Origin: Eledone cirrhosa
Taxonomy: Eukaryota
Direction: 5' to 3'
Assembly: GCA_964016885.1 (NCBI GenBank)
Contig: OZ024741.1
Coordinates: 375,286,001-375,350,000, forward strand
Length of the DNA: 64,000 nt
Part shown: one piece after another, positions 41,587 to 56,009 of the stretch
Layout: each line of letters opens with the position of its first letter
Position numbering within the stretch: the first letter of the stretch is position 1
Notes under the pieces: model-generated
What the model was told of the DNA's origin: nothing
The model's input: only the letters and a program-made list of their open reading frames with translations
Databases searched by the model: none
Position numbers and translations under genes: made by a program

Positions 41587-42045
41587 GTAGCGAAATCTGT
41601 CCACGCCTTGAACCTTGAGTGACACCTAAAGGTCAAACTCTAGGTCACCACCCTTTCGGTGTGGACAGGTTCATTCGTGGGCTATCTCTCGAGGTGGGAG
41701 ACAGAAAGTGACAGGTATATAAAGCCTGTATATTCCCATGTTTTACACAGAGAGATTGGAACAGTACGCTATTACAAGCTATGTGAAAGATTCACCACTA
41801 CCTTCAGGCCGCAGAGGTCTACAGACCATTACTCTCTCTCCTGGTCTCAGACTACACCAGCCTCATGAACCAACAACAAAATAACATTGTCAACCTTCGC
41901 AACTCGTGGTAACTTGTTTATTGTTCTTTTTGACTGAAGTGAAGTAAACCTTTTTATATATAAAGTAATTCAGCTATTCTCGTTATTTCATCTAACAACC
42001 ATATAATCATTCAAACAACAACTACTAAAATACCCTTCGTTAAAT
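41587..42045 (+). mobile_element. Possible solo LTR between microsatellites
   Basis: Starts TGTAGCG, internal TATATAAA, ends CGTTAAA (possibly a decayed CGTTACA); no TSD seen. Confidence 0.3.
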
Positions 42046-42281
42046 ATATATATATAGTAATAATAATAAATTTGAAGACTAAAATACAAAGAGGGCTCGA
42101 TAAGGATACATATATATCAAATATATAAGAACCGTAGAGCAAATATTTATTAAAATAACAGATTAAAGTTTAAGCAAAGAATCGCTGCTTTCACCTTTAA
42201 CGAGATCTTCTGAAACCCAAGTTTCAGAAGATCCCGTAAAGGGTGAAAGCAGTGATTCTTTGCTTAAACTTTAATCTGTTA

Positions 42282-42317
<36 letters not shown>

Positions 42318-42501
42318 AACAAGTATGACCCTGACGACAGAGCTCAAGCCGTTTCGACGGCTATTTCTGGACTATAGCCGTCGAAACGGCTTGAGCTCTG
42401 CCGTCGGGGTCATACTTGTTCCTATTACCCACGTTACTACACTAAGTATTGAGTACTTTGGTACGTTATGGTCCATCTGGTTCCTTACCACAATTCCTTC
42501 G

Positions 42502-42546
<45 letters not shown>

Positions 42547-42833
42547 GTTGAGAAGGTAACACACCAGAGAGAGATATATAGTGCGTTATCAATAATAGAG
42601 ATGGATATACAAATAGATAAGACAGATAGTCTCATAGATATACGTAAATGATAAATAGAGAGATTTATTGTCAATCGGTATGTCTACTTGAATGTCCTTT
42701 AATTTATCGACCCTAAACATTGAGAGGCAATGAAAACCTCAGCAGAAATCGAACTCAGATGTAACTTATTGGAGCGAGACATTTTTTTGATGTTTCAGTG
42801 AATCTGTCAGTTCACTACCCTTTACACACACAG

Positions 42834-42864
<31 letters not shown>

Positions 42865-43062
42865 TACGGACACACACATGCACATACACATACACGCACA
42901 TTCACACACACTTCCATATATACACACATATTTTATTTATACAATCATATATATTAAATAAAGGCATTCAAATTCACATACACGCATACACACACAAACA
43001 CGCAAACACACATACACACACATACACACACTCACACACACACTCATTCTCTCTCTCTCTCT

Positions 43063-43106
<44 letters not shown>

Positions 43107-43161
43107 TTCTCTCTCACACTAACACACATGTACACACACTCTCTTTCTCATACATACACAC

Positions 43162-43234
<73 letters not shown>

Positions 43235-43277
43235 TAAATTAAGAAACTGAATCGGTAAGTATTACAAACTGTCTTAC

Positions 43278-43362
43278 CTCTTCAATAAATCGTTTGAAAT
43301 TTTTATATGAAGGTGCAATCTGTTTGGTTACTTTGTTTTGGATTTTATGGCGGATTTCTGTC
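43278..43362 (-). CDS. DUF885 exon (TEIRHKIQNKVTKQIAPSYKNFKRFIEE)
   Basis: ttttcAG / GTaaga; 85 nt, phase 2 to 0; 'P(A/S)Y...F..EY' helix typical of the family. Confidence 0.9.
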
Positions 43363-44233
43363 CTGAAAATAGAAGAATGATAGAATAATACACTGAAATA
43401 AAATTACTTTCAAAGTTAGGACCACACAAATTCTGGGGGATGAAGATAATTAGGTCATTTGGTCAGGTCACTGGGCATTAATTGGGCTCTTCCAGGGAAC
43501 TGTAGTAGTTGGTTTGTTGGTTTGCAGGTGGATTTCTGGGACAATCGGATGGTGTTAGTACTAGGGCGATTACAAGCTGATCCCGATCAGACCTTAACCA
43601 TATATATATATCCATTCATAGAAGTTCAAAATGGCTTTGGAGTCTTTAAACCATTTTGGCAGTGTGGAGCTGCCGTGTGGGAAGATTGCCGAAAGTTGGG
43701 GGCCGCTTGACCGGAAGCATAAGGACAAGTAACGTCAGACAAGTGTTTATGGGTTACTCCCCTGCGCCCTTGTGCTAACAGTTGGCGTGGCGTGTAGACG
43801 TGTTGTGTGAACGCAGACTGAGTTGGATGTACCACACGTGGACGGTGGAACGACTATACCCAAAGTGATTCGAAGACACAAGGTAAGTCCGAATGCCTCC
43901 GGCTACAGGCTATTTCGGTTGAGAGCTAATCAAAATACTTTGCAGTATTTACATATGACTTTCTAAATTATGAGTTCAAATCCTGCTAGTCAACTTGCCT
44001 TTCATCATTTCGGGTTGATAAAATAAAGTACCAGTCAAATACTGAGGTCGATTTGACCGACATTTCTTCTCCCACCCAAACTGCTGGCATTGTATCTATG
44101 TTAGAGACAATTGTTTTGGCGAAGATTTAGCAAAGTCGTTAGAACGTCAGATAGAGTGATTTGTGGTATACTTTCCACTTCCCTGCGCTATAAGTTCGAA
44201 ATTCGCCGAGGTCAACCTTGCCTATATATATCC

Positions 44234-44265
<32 letters not shown>

Positions 44266-45105
44266 ATATATATATACATACCCCCCACCACCAATCACTG
44301 ACCACTCCCTGGAGAAATATAAAAAAAACAACAACAAACTTTTAAGATATTTTTGCTTTGACTGTATGCCCATATATGGACTGAACCCCTTGATAAGTTC
44401 AGCTAGATTCCCGCCGTTCGAATACTAGCGCTTTAGTTCGGATCTAGCTGTCGAAATGGCCGGATCTCAGCCGTCGGGGTCCTGAATCTTTTCATATACG
44501 TATATATATATATAGAGAGAGAGAGAGAAAAGGGGGAGCGCTGAGTATACGTTTTGCAATATTTATTCCGGCTCTATACCTTCTAAGTTCAAATCCCACC
44601 GAGGTCCTTATATATACATATATCGTTTTATTATAGCCGAGGTTAACTTTGCCTTTCATCCTTACGGGGTCGATAAAATAAAGTACCAGTAATACACTGG
44701 ATTAATTGGTGGCCTTGTGCCAAAAGTAGAAACAATTATACACAAACGGTAGGAAGACTGTGGAGACCACAAATCGAAGCATGTGTATACAAATCGAACA
44801 GAGTGTGTATATTAATGAGATAAAGATCCGATTGCGAGATAAGGCGGTTTTAGATTGTATCCTCTCCAAGCTTCTTCAGGGAACTGGGTCTTTGTCAAGA
44901 AATACATTAAAAAAAAAAAAAATTTGTGGGATGAAGAGAATTAGGTCATTTAGGTCACTGGGCATTAACTAGGCTCTTCCAGGGAATTGTAGTAGTGGGT
45001 CTGTTGGCATGCAGACGGGTTTCTGGAGCGATGGGATGGTATTAATACTGGGGCGGTTACAAGCTGAAACTGCCAGACCTTTACTCTTCACACACACACA
45101 CACAC

Positions 45106-45143
<38 letters not shown>

Positions 45144-45232
45144 CCTAAGTCGATACTCAATAAAAACATAAATACAAGTAAACGAAACTTCATCGTTTTT
45201 CTTATATATATATATATATATATAAACGTTTG

Positions 45233-45303
<71 letters not shown>

Positions 45304-46453
45304 TCACACAGAGCTATGCAACTATCTTTATATATTTGTTTGTATATATATTTATGTATGGATACATAGGAACTCTATGATAAGGAACAGCTGTTGGAGG
45401 TGTTCGAGGTATGTGGTGTAGGATGTTTCGCCGTTTGTTGTTAAAGACAAAAGTAACATGAGCGAACAACGAGAAGATAAGGCATTTACCAAAGAATGTG
45501 TACACTGATTGATGTCTGAGCTGGATAGATGTATAGTTTTGTATGGTATGTTCAAGATAAATATTTCTTGTTTTCTTGTTCTACATATGTATGTATATGT
45601 GTATATATACCCAGATATATGTGTGGACAGGACATTCTTGATACAGTTGTCTGCATACATAATTGTATGTCTGTCTGACTGTTTGTTTGTCTGTCTGTAT
45701 GTATGTACGTATTCTTGCATGCTTGTACGCACGTATTTATGTATATATGTATTTGTGGCTGGTTGCTTGCCTGTCTGTCTGTCTGTATGTATGTATATTT
45801 GTCTGTTGTCTGTGATGCTAAACTCCGCTAGTTGCAGATTGCGCATTAACATGAGATATCTCTTTCCACAGAGTTCGATCACCAGTAGCAGAGTTCAAAG
45901 AGCAAAGATCAAGTCCAGTCCATAAGTTGACATTGTCAAGCCATAGTTTTGGCTGCAAGCCTCTGCTTCTCTTACCAACCAACCTTCCTTCTAGGAATAA
46001 CCTACTCACACCACGAGTTGATCGTTTTATAGAGCCGTATAGTTTTGATTACTCTCGGCTTGACAATTCATGTAATTGGTTTAATAATTTACTGGTACTA
46101 TAAAGCTAATAATTTCTATTTTAGACCCAAGGCCTTTAATTTTTTTAGAGGAGAGGAAAGCTGGCTAAATCGACTCCAATACTTGACTGACGTTTTATTC
46201 TATCGAGGTTGGAAGAAAGTAAGGTAAAGTTGATCTCGGTGGGGTTTGAACTCAGAACGTAAAGAGCTGTAACCAAATGCTACGAAGCATTTGACCCCAT
46301 CACTCGCCGACGACACCCTCCCAACATCACATTTTACATTAACCCTACAAATACACCAATCACATACAAGCAGGCAAGCAGAGACATTTTCCGATGGGAA
46401 ATTGACATTTTTTCATTCCTCCCCTTTCCTCTTAACCAGTGTCACTTACCAAA

Positions 46454-46501
46454 ACTACTACTACTACTACTACTACTGCTGCTGCTGCTACTACTACTAC
46501 A

Positions 46502-46558
<57 letters not shown>

Positions 46559-46610
46559 GCTGCTGCTGCTACTACTACTACTACTACAACAACTACTACT
46601 ACTACTACTA

Positions 46611-46665
<55 letters not shown>

Positions 46666-46695
46666 CACTACCACTACTGCTACTACTACCACCAA
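46454..46695. repeat. (TAC)n/(TGC)n trinucleotide microsatellite; others at 38520-38583 and 55889-56025
   Basis: Directly visible; source of the poly-Y/T/V pseudo-ORFs. Confidence 0.95.
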
Positions 46696-46863
46696 CACTT
46701 GATGGCTCTTCCAGTGCATCTCCTTTACCATCCTCCGGATGGTAAGGGAGATGACAAGGGATGACAATTTCTCTTCTTTTACAACCTTGCCACGAGGTAG
46801 GTGGCCGGTCAAAAAAATATACTCGAAATTAAGAGAAAGAGATAACATACATACATACATACA

Positions 46864-48526
46864 TGGCGGCTGCCAACTCGTTTTCGAGTACGGCCACTAC
46901 TTTACATCCATGTAGGAGAACTCCTACCGATGCGCTGAATGAATGTAACTTTAGTCCAGCCAGCGACTTGAAAACTCTGGTACAAACACTACACCTGTGA
47001 CAATTATTGACACATAGTGCTAGGCCCATGGTACCATGTGACGACAAGTGCAGAGAGATCTCCAGATACAAAGCAATGCCTGTGCCGTGAAGCTTTTATA
47101 GTGAGCAAAGGCACTGCACAAAGCCAGTCCCACTCTCTTAACCAAGATGATATTTACCAAAAAGAAGAACAAGTCAACATCATTGGATACCATCAGGGTT
47201 GCAGGTGTTATATCAGAGTTTTCCTTCTCCTAGAATTCTGCCTTGACAAAGGCTAAGGGGTCATCTCTCCCAGTGATTTTGGATGGCCATTGACTCTTAA
47301 GAGCTCCTTTGCCCTTTGACAGGTTTTGTTTTTAGTCCTGCAGGATGTCCAAAGTCACCCTCCTCACCAAGAAACCTTGGTGGGGTTGCCAGTTTAGTCG
47401 CCAACGACCCGACCATGAGACAGGTTGTACTGGGATACATGTTACCAGTAGCACCAACTGGTGACCTGACATACCCACATACATACATACATACATACAT
47501 ACATACATACATACATACATACATACATACGTGGTGGCTGCCAACGCGTTTTCGAGTACGGCCACTACGTTATATCCATGTAGGAGAACCCCTACCGATG
47601 CGCTGAACGAGTGTAACTTTTAGTCCAGCCAGCGACTTGAAAACTCTGGTACAATTATTGACAATAGTGCTGGGCCCATCGTACCATGTGACGACAAGTG
47701 CAGAGAGATCTCCAGACTTAAAGCAATGCCTGTGCCGTGAAGCTTTTATAGTTAGCAAAGGCACTGCACAAAGCCAGTCCCACTCTCTTAACCAAGATGA
47801 TATTTACCAAAAAGAAGAACAAGTCAACATCATTGGATACCATCAGGGTTGCAGGTGTTATATCAGAGTTTTCCTTCTCCTAGAATTCTGCCTTGACAAA
47901 GGCTAAGGCGTCATCTCTCCCAGTGATTTTGGATGGCCATTGACTCTTAAGAGCTCCTTTGCCCTTTGACAGGCTTTGTTTTTAGTCCTGCAGGATGTCC
48001 AAAGTCACCCTCCTCATCAAGAAACTTTGGTTGGGTTGCCAATTATATCGCCAACGACGCGACCATACATACATACATACATACATACATACATACATAC
48101 ATACATACATACATGTGTCCCTGTAAGTAGTTATTTCTCCAATTTACATGTATACAATCGGTCTGATATATAATTGTTTCTACTTTTGGCACAAGGCCAG
48201 CAATTATCCCAGTCTATTACTGGTACTTTATTTTATCGACCCGGTAAGGATGAAAGGCAAAATAAAACACAGAAACAAATATACCATACCACGTGCTGTT
48301 TGGGATATGATTCACCAGAATAATTTCCTTTAGTTTGATTGGGTAAAAAAGAGGGGCTTGAATCTTGAAAAGCTGCAGTTCTTCCGTTAATCGGTTCTAC
48401 AAATAGATAAAAAATGTTGATCATTGTGTGTGTGTATATGCGTTCACCCCCTTCTCACTCCACATATGCACACCCACAGACCCACATACATACATACATA
48501 CATACATACATAGATACATACATACA

Positions 48527-48559
<33 letters not shown>

Positions 48560-49239
48560 GCATGCATACATACATACAGACATATTGGCTGCCCCCTCGT
48601 TATCGAGTATGGCCATTGCACAATATACGATTATTAATAATAATTAATTAATTCTATCGTGCAATGCCTGTGCGTGAAGATATTTTTTAAAGTGACGAAA
48701 GACTGTGCACTGAGCCAATCCCACTCTCTGAGCGACAGTAGCTATAACTCGAAAAGAAGAAAAGATCAACATCATCGGTAACTACTGAGCCGCAGGTTTT
48801 ATATCGGAGTTAACCCAGTTTCCTGAGTTGCCTTCTAGAAGAATGCCCTGACACAAAGCTACGGGTCCTTCACTCCCAGTGGTTTAACCGCGCGATCGGG
48901 TGTCCAGCCTGACTATTTCTATGTCCCCGCACATATACATACACATGCACCCATGCATATACACATATACACACACATGTACATGTGTATATACATATTT
49001 ACACACTTTTAGATGGCCATTGACCCTTATGAGTTCTTCCGCCCTTTGTCAGGTTTTGTTTTTTGTCTTGCAGGGTGTCCAAAATCACCGTCCTCACCAA
49101 GTAAACTTGGTGGGGTTGCCGGTTTAGTCGCCGACGACCCGACCATGCGACATGTTTTACTGGGTTACATGTTACCAGTAACACTTAAGAGTGACCCAAC
49201 ATATAGATACAGACATACATGTATACATACATGCATACA

Positions 49240-49275
<36 letters not shown>

Positions 49276-49335
49276 TACATGCATATATATATATATACAT
49301 GCATTCATACATACATACATACATACATACATACA

Positions 49336-49368
<33 letters not shown>

Positions 49369-49430
49369 GCATACATACATACATGATGATGATGGATGTC
49401 CTCTCGTTATCGAGTATGGCCATTGTACGA
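46864..49430 (-). mobile_element. Cluster of the same RTE-derived short element: 46864-47470, 47532-48066, divergent 48586-49197, fragment 49391-49430
   Basis: Direct comparison with 6885-7493; each copy abuts (ATAC)n; the host exon 48290-48396 lies inside the cluster. Confidence 0.8.
48290..48396 (-). CDS. DUF885 exon (NRLTEELQLFKIQAPLFYPIKLKEIILVNHIPNST-W)
   Basis: tttgtAG / GTatgg; 107 nt, phase 0 to 2, exactly the phase needed to bridge the neighbouring exons; open frame. Confidence 0.8.
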
Positions 49431-49458
49431 TTAAAAAAATAATTATACACATACATAT

Positions 49459-49564
<106 letters not shown>

Positions 49565-50882
49565 TAATAATTAACGGTGTTGCGTTCGAATGTGGCTTTT
49601 TAGCCCACCCAATGATCTAAAATGTCTTGCATATAGTTGGCAACCATGATAAAAACATTCACTGGCAATAGCCGGCATACATACATACATACAAACATAC
49701 ATACATAGGGAAAAAATGTGTGAAATTATAAAACAAGAAGAACATACATACAAACATACATACATACATACATACATACATACATACATACATACATACA
49801 TAAATACATACATACATACATACAAACAAACATACATAAATATATGCATACATACATATATGCATACATACATACATATTTAACAATGAAAGAGACTATC
49901 AACATCAGCCAGAAAATAAAAACACAGATAAATAATAGATTGGAAATGCACAAAGCAGATTGGCTATTATAACTATTTCACGCTTGCGTATTTCAGACAC
50001 TTAGGCCAGATAAGGAAGAACATATCGATCGTTTGTATTGAACCATTTCTGCTTCACATCTGAAAAATCATGTTGAAATATACTGGGTAAAACATTACAT
50101 TGTTTTGTTTTATTTGTCATCCTTTGCCCTTTATATATTTCTACTGCACTGTACTGGCTTTTTTTAAAAACCCTATCGGTCTTTTATTATATATCTTACA
50201 ATGCTTTGACGCATAGAGTTCAAATCTCGCCAAGGTTAACTTTGCCTTTCATCCTTACGGGGTCGATAAAATAAAGTACCAGTAATACACTGGGTTATTG
50301 CTGGCCTTGTGCCAAAAGTATAAAAAATTATATATCTTACAATGCTTCGTATTAACTATACTACTTTACACACACATACACACACACGCACACACACACA
50401 CATATATATATACAAATGGAAGTACAGCATAATCGAAGCTCTGGCTGCAGCTAAGCAAACGAATGCAATCGGAATGTGCAGCTAAGCACTCAATAAGGTA
50501 GTTTTACCTTAGAGTAATAACATTACGTTTAGACAGCTTTGCAAATTGAAGATTGCGACCGGTAAGCCAGCCGCAGGGACCAAAGCAACGAGAAAACTGA
50601 CTCAGGATAATATATATATATATATATATATATTTATTTATATAGCTATAACGAAGGAAATGTGGTAAGGAACCAGATGGACCATAACGCACCAAAGTAC
50701 TCAATACTTAGGGTAGTAGAGTGGGTAATAGGAACAAGTATGACCCCCGACGGCAGAGCTCAAGCCTTTTCGACGGCTAATTCTAGACTGAATTAGCCAT
50801 CGAAACGGCTTGAGCTCTGCCGTCGGGGTCATACTTGTTCCTATATATAGCTAAATATATATATGTATATATATCTATATAG

Positions 50883-50955
<73 letters not shown>

Positions 50956-51002
50956 TATGTATATATATGTATGTATATATATATATATATACATATATAT
51001 AC

Positions 51003-51055
<53 letters not shown>

Positions 51056-51411
51056 ACAACGAAGTAACCGCTATAAACGCCATGAATAAACATACATAGA
51101 CAATCACGTAATAGAAGATATATATATTTGAAAAACAATAGCTAGTATCATTCACACATTTCTAAATCATTAACGTTGTTTTAAGCTGTTTGTTTAAGAC
51201 AACGACTTGGAAGTAATCCTCATTAAAGACACAGTCGAGACACATGACTGAGAAAAAGCTGAGACAGCATAGTTGTGAAACACTGCTAAGACACCATAGT
51301 TGTGAGACATCGCTGACTAATGCAGTTGATGTGCAGCGTCAGTTGTCCGTACTTAGCGAAGGTTTGTAGAACCTTGTGTTTGCAATCAAATATCCTATAG
51401 TGCACTACTAG

Positions 51412-51693
51412 CAAGGGCCTTGTTTTAGGAAGGTACCAGGAGACAAGTCCCCCTCCCCCGCCTTTCCAAACGTCTATGTTTCATTTTTTGTTTATTTGAT
51501 ATAATAAATTCTTTTTAAGCTTATTTTTTTATATCTAAACTTCATTTGAATATATAAAATTTAATTAGCGTAAAATTTGACTTATGTGATAGGGTCCGGG
51601 AAAGGCACCATAAGCAATACTAACATGCTCCTTTAAGAATCAACAAATGTTAGTTTGTCCCCCCTCACATTTTTAAGGCAAACGAGGCCCCTG
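51412..51693. mobile_element. hAT MITE
   Basis: TIR CA(A/G)GGGCCT(T/C)GTTT; 8-bp TSD ACTACTAG at 51404-51411 and 51694-51701. Confidence 0.85.
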
Positions 51694-52454
51694 ACTACTA
51701 GTATCACATACATACATTGTGAGCTCATTACATTAACCCTAAATATGAAAGACAGTTATGAAACATAACCGAGAAATAGAGTTGTGAAACAGAATTGTGA
51801 AATACTGTTGAAAAACATATTTGAGAAAGACAGCTGTTATGAAACAGAACTAAGTCTGTCTCAAGCCTGGGTGCTCATCACACCGGTGTTTAACCCGGTT
51901 TCCGTAGCGTTAAGCGACTGAGAGTACAAGACTCCCTCGTGGACAGGTTGCCACTCCGTCACAAGTTTAAAATCCCAGCTATTGCTGGTATTCATTTTGA
52001 GCTGAGTATAGTGGAGCAACGTGTAATGAAATGTTTTGCTCAAAAACACAACATATAACACATAACCCAGTCCAAGAATCAGACCCAAGGCATTATGATC
52101 GTAAGTCCAACACACTTACCACTAGTTGTGAAATACGGTTGAAAAACACATTTGAGAAAGTCAGCTGAGCGATTCATAAAACCTTTCATTTTACCTCATA
52201 ATTTCAAACAAGATATTCATACTTATACTAAAGTTTATGTCAATTCAACATCAATGTTCAGACCATATTCAAACTCAATATCAACAGCTGTTAAGGAGTC
52301 CTACACCTGAAAAACTCAGTATAAAGAGAGGCTCTATGAAAAGATACTCAACAGGCTAACATAATTTGCAAAGCTCAACTAGAGTTCAAATTAAATGAAA
52401 AATATACACATATGCTATGTGATATGGCATGCGATAATAGAATTTGTGACTTAC

Positions 52455-52523
52455 TATGGAAGCAAGATGAGATGTTCTGTTTAACCGAATTGCTGACTTC
52501 ATTAGATGCATCAGCTCATCAAT
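52455..52523 (-). CDS. DUF885 exon (IDELMHLMKSAIRLNRTSHLASI)
   Basis: ttttacAG / GTaagt; 69 nt, phase 0 to 0. Confidence 0.88.
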
Positions 52524-52883
52524 CTGTAAAATAGAAATGATATGTCTGTATACACACGCACATAAACACACACACACATATATATATATCTGTTTATGGT
52601 TGACGGTTCAGAGAAAAGAGTACTCAACATCGAAGTCGAGTTTAAACATTCGTTTTATTAAGGCTAAATAGTGAGTCTTGTTACTCTGGAGTTTCGCCTG
52701 TTTATCACAGAGTAACAAGACTCACTATTTAGCCTTAATAAAATGAATATATATATATATATGCAGAGGTTATATTTAATTTGTTGGGATTCAACAAGCT
52801 TAAAAATGACTATCCAGGAAGCTCCAACCGTTAAGGTTGTCTTTTTTCCGGGTATGTCAATATTTATTTATAAAACAAATCTG

Positions 52884-52949
52884 TATTTTATCTGATGAAA
52901 GCGCACTATAATTTGCCTTGGTTGCCCTTGAAATATATATAATAAAATA
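52884..52949 (+). ncRNA. Type I hammerhead-like motif, same family as 29073-29137
   Basis: Perfect 8-bp stem I TATTTTAT/ATAAAATA, CTGATGA, GAAA, palindromic TATATA, TA cleavage dinucleotide; stem II imperfect. Confidence 0.6.
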
Positions 52950-53207
52950 AATATGGTTTTATAAATATAGTTTCCATTTATTAATATATTGTATATATAT
53001 TTATATATATATACGCGAACGAACCACACATATACAAATATATGTGGTTCATTCGCGTTCGTCAATCAGTTATTGTTTCTTAGTTGGTTCTGAGGGCACA
53101 TCTGGAGTTCAACAACAACGACAACAAATATAACATGACATCAGACATGGCGATAAGGACCCTACGTCCCATAATAACAACAGTATCAACAACAACAACA
53201 AACTTAC

Positions 53208-53340
53208 CCTCTGTGGAATGCTATCCATCCGTTTGAAATAATCTTCAAAATCTTTTTCATTAATGTACTCAGTTCCGTAGATCCAAGACTGTGTAAGGAT
53301 GGTTTTATCAAGGAAGTTGAGCGGGGTCAAAGCACCGTAA
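53208..53340 (-). CDS. DUF885 exon (NYGALTPLNFLDK...DFEDYFKRMDSIPQR)
   Basis: Acceptor ccaacAG, donor GTaagt; 133 nt, phase 2 to 0; matches the DUF885 'D(Y/F)ExYxxR..IP' segment. Confidence 0.92.
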
Positions 53341-55039
53341 CTGTTGGGGGGTAAAAAGAATTGATAATTAAAATAAGGAAATGCACGTTAAAATATATAT
53401 ATATTATTAAATGATTGATAAATTTCAAAAAGCCGGTACAAATCGGTAGAAAAATATATAAAGGGTAAATGATGACAAATAAAGTAAAACAAATTTTACC
53501 CAGTATATTTCAACATGATATTTCGGGGCCTAACCCTCTTCTCAAATGTGAAACAGAAACTGTTCAAAACAGGAGAGATGGACAATGGCTATGACTTTTG
53601 AAAATAATCGAAGACTGTTGAGATTTATGTGGTCAATGTTTAGTCTAAACAAATGCTTGTATTGCTTTTTGCTTTTCCCTTGGACAACATTTGTAGCGTG
53701 GCGGAATAAGACAGACTTCTGGCATTCCACAAAACAAATGTCTCGTAGCTAAAAGGGGGTCTTAAATATTTTGCTCATGTCCTTTTGGAGGGAGTAGCTA
53801 GGATTGATAGAGAAAAAAGGGGAAAACATCTCGGTATTCTCACACTGAAGAACTGTAACTAATTCGAATGCCAGAAACAGAATAGATTCAGCAAAAGTGA
53901 CTCAAGTGCCAGCCAGGTGGAGGTCTTAAACCAGGCAATGAATTCAATCTATCAATTTCAACTAATAATTGTTTCTACTTTTGGCACAAGGCCAGAAATT
54001 ATCCCAGTGTATTACTTGTACTTTATTTTATCGACTCCGTAAGGATGAAAGGTAAAGTTAACCTCGGCGGGATTTGAACTAATAATATTTTAAAGAAAGT
54101 CGTGAATCCATCTTTCCTAAATATGAGAAGTAATATGGCCATATCGAATCAGATCACTTCTTGCAGCATGCTTTGTATTAGGTTCCTTAATGAATGCACT
54201 GAAAACTATTTTTCCTTCCTAGATAATTTCAGAGGCTTTGTATAATTCTCCACGCACACACACACAGACGCCACGCATATATAAACACACATACATACAC
54301 ATATACGCACACACGCTCACGCACATACACACACACGCACATCTGGCACTTACCGCAGTCTTATTAAGACTACGCGCCTCATCAAGGAAATTTTAATTTA
54401 AAATAATAAGTGTCAGTTTATTTTTGTTGAGTTCGAGATCAGTCCGGAACGTGCTGACTTATCCTTAAAGATGTTCCAGCCATGATCATTTCACCTTTTA
54501 TTCAGAAATAATATATCTAGGATTACATTATTCAATGTTTCTTCTCTTTTGTTAAGATGATCTGATGTGGTTTGAGCGAAATTTTAAACCACTTTTCGCA
54601 GATCAAGCGAGCAGGCTGAACTACTCTTTGTCTCAGATAGCGCATCCAGCTAAATAATATACTTTATAACATTCAAACTTGAAAACATCACTGTTTTGCA
54701 TTCCTACATCGCCCTCAGGGCTAGATTATGTATGCATGGACCCGTAACTCATGGTGGACTCCTTGGGGCACCGTAATGACATACACAATTTCTTGGGCAT
54801 TTCAAACCCTGCAGAGCTCATCCCTCTCCAAGTCTGAACACAGTCCATTTCTTCCAGAGAGAGAGAGGGGGTGGGGGGTGTAATAAAAATATATAGAGGA
54901 AGAATCTACCCCGGTATTGGATTGGACTTTATTTATGGAACTCGAAATGATAAAATACAAAGGTGAGCCCGGCGAGATTTGAATTCAGAACAAATACAGC
55001 AAAACATTCCATCTGACGATCTACCAATTCGCAACATAT

Positions 55040-55231
55040 CAGGGCTAGATTAACCGTTATGCAAAATAAGCACAAGCTTTGAGCATCAATGAAAGAGGGG
55101 CACCATTTTATTAAAATTAATTGTATTTGTCATTCTTCATCTCCAAGGATTTTTGCAGACTTTATATATGGTGAGTGGTATCATAATCTTTTAAATGCTA
55201 AGAGGCCTCAAAAGAATTTAATCTAGCCCTA
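55040..55231. mobile_element. hAT-like MITE
   Basis: TIR AGGGCTAGATTAA / TTAATCTAGCCCT; no clear TSD. Confidence 0.65.
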
Positions 55232-55889
55232 GTCGTCTTTCATCTCTCGAAAGTCGTTGCTTTGGTTATTAACCTTAAGTTGACTCTGATTTAGTAGACC
55301 TATCATTAAATGCCTTAACAATCCTTAAAATGCAATAGCAATCCTTCTTTTATGTCTGCTGTCACGTATCTAATACTACATTTTCCAGTATAGTACTAGT
55401 CCACTACAGGGGTTGACCCCCCCCCTCTCTCCTTCTCAGGAAGAAATAGGCTGTGTTCAAAACTGGAGAGGGATTGTCTCCGCCTGGTTTAAACGCTAAA
55501 ACTATACCGGTGAATCTAGTATTAGATATATGACGCCTGAGAAACGCTAAGGTATGATTTAAGTGTAATTTGACTGCTATTTCTAAAAATTCGAGCAGCC
55601 ACCTATAGGTTCCCTTATCCACTCCACATGCACTCACAAAAGGGTAAGGTTATTTAATCGTTTTCAGTATTCCCCGTTTCCTACAAAAATGTATTTTGTA
55701 CTTAGTGATATACACATGTTAATAATAATACAGGAATTATTAACCAGAGGCTCAAGCAGTACAATCTCTTATCTGGTTGCATATTAATACAAATGTTGTT
55801 GCGTCAAATTATATTTACATGCTTGAAACATATATCGTCTTAATGTGGAATGAAACTTGAAAGATACACCACAAGTTCTCGATAGCGTT

Positions 55890-55933
<44 letters not shown>

Positions 55934-55963
55934 AAAGTCGTAGTAGTAGCAGCAACAGCAACT

Positions 55964-56009
<46 letters not shown>

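Noticed and set aside
50002-50059. Exon-like segment reading VKQKWFNTNDRYVLPYLA* after a good acceptor
   Set aside because: Needs phase 1, but the upstream exon ends in phase 0 (giving ATG-TGA); no supporting partner exon.
51200-52170. Spaced AGTTGTGAAA(C/T)A repeats superficially like a CRISPR array
   Set aside because: Irregular degenerate minisatellite in eukaryotic DNA interrupted by a MITE and a SINE; no constant repeat/spacer lengths and no cas genes.
52196-52306. Segment bounded by tttttcAG and GTaaaa on the minus strand
   Set aside because: Stops in all three frames; no evidence of use.
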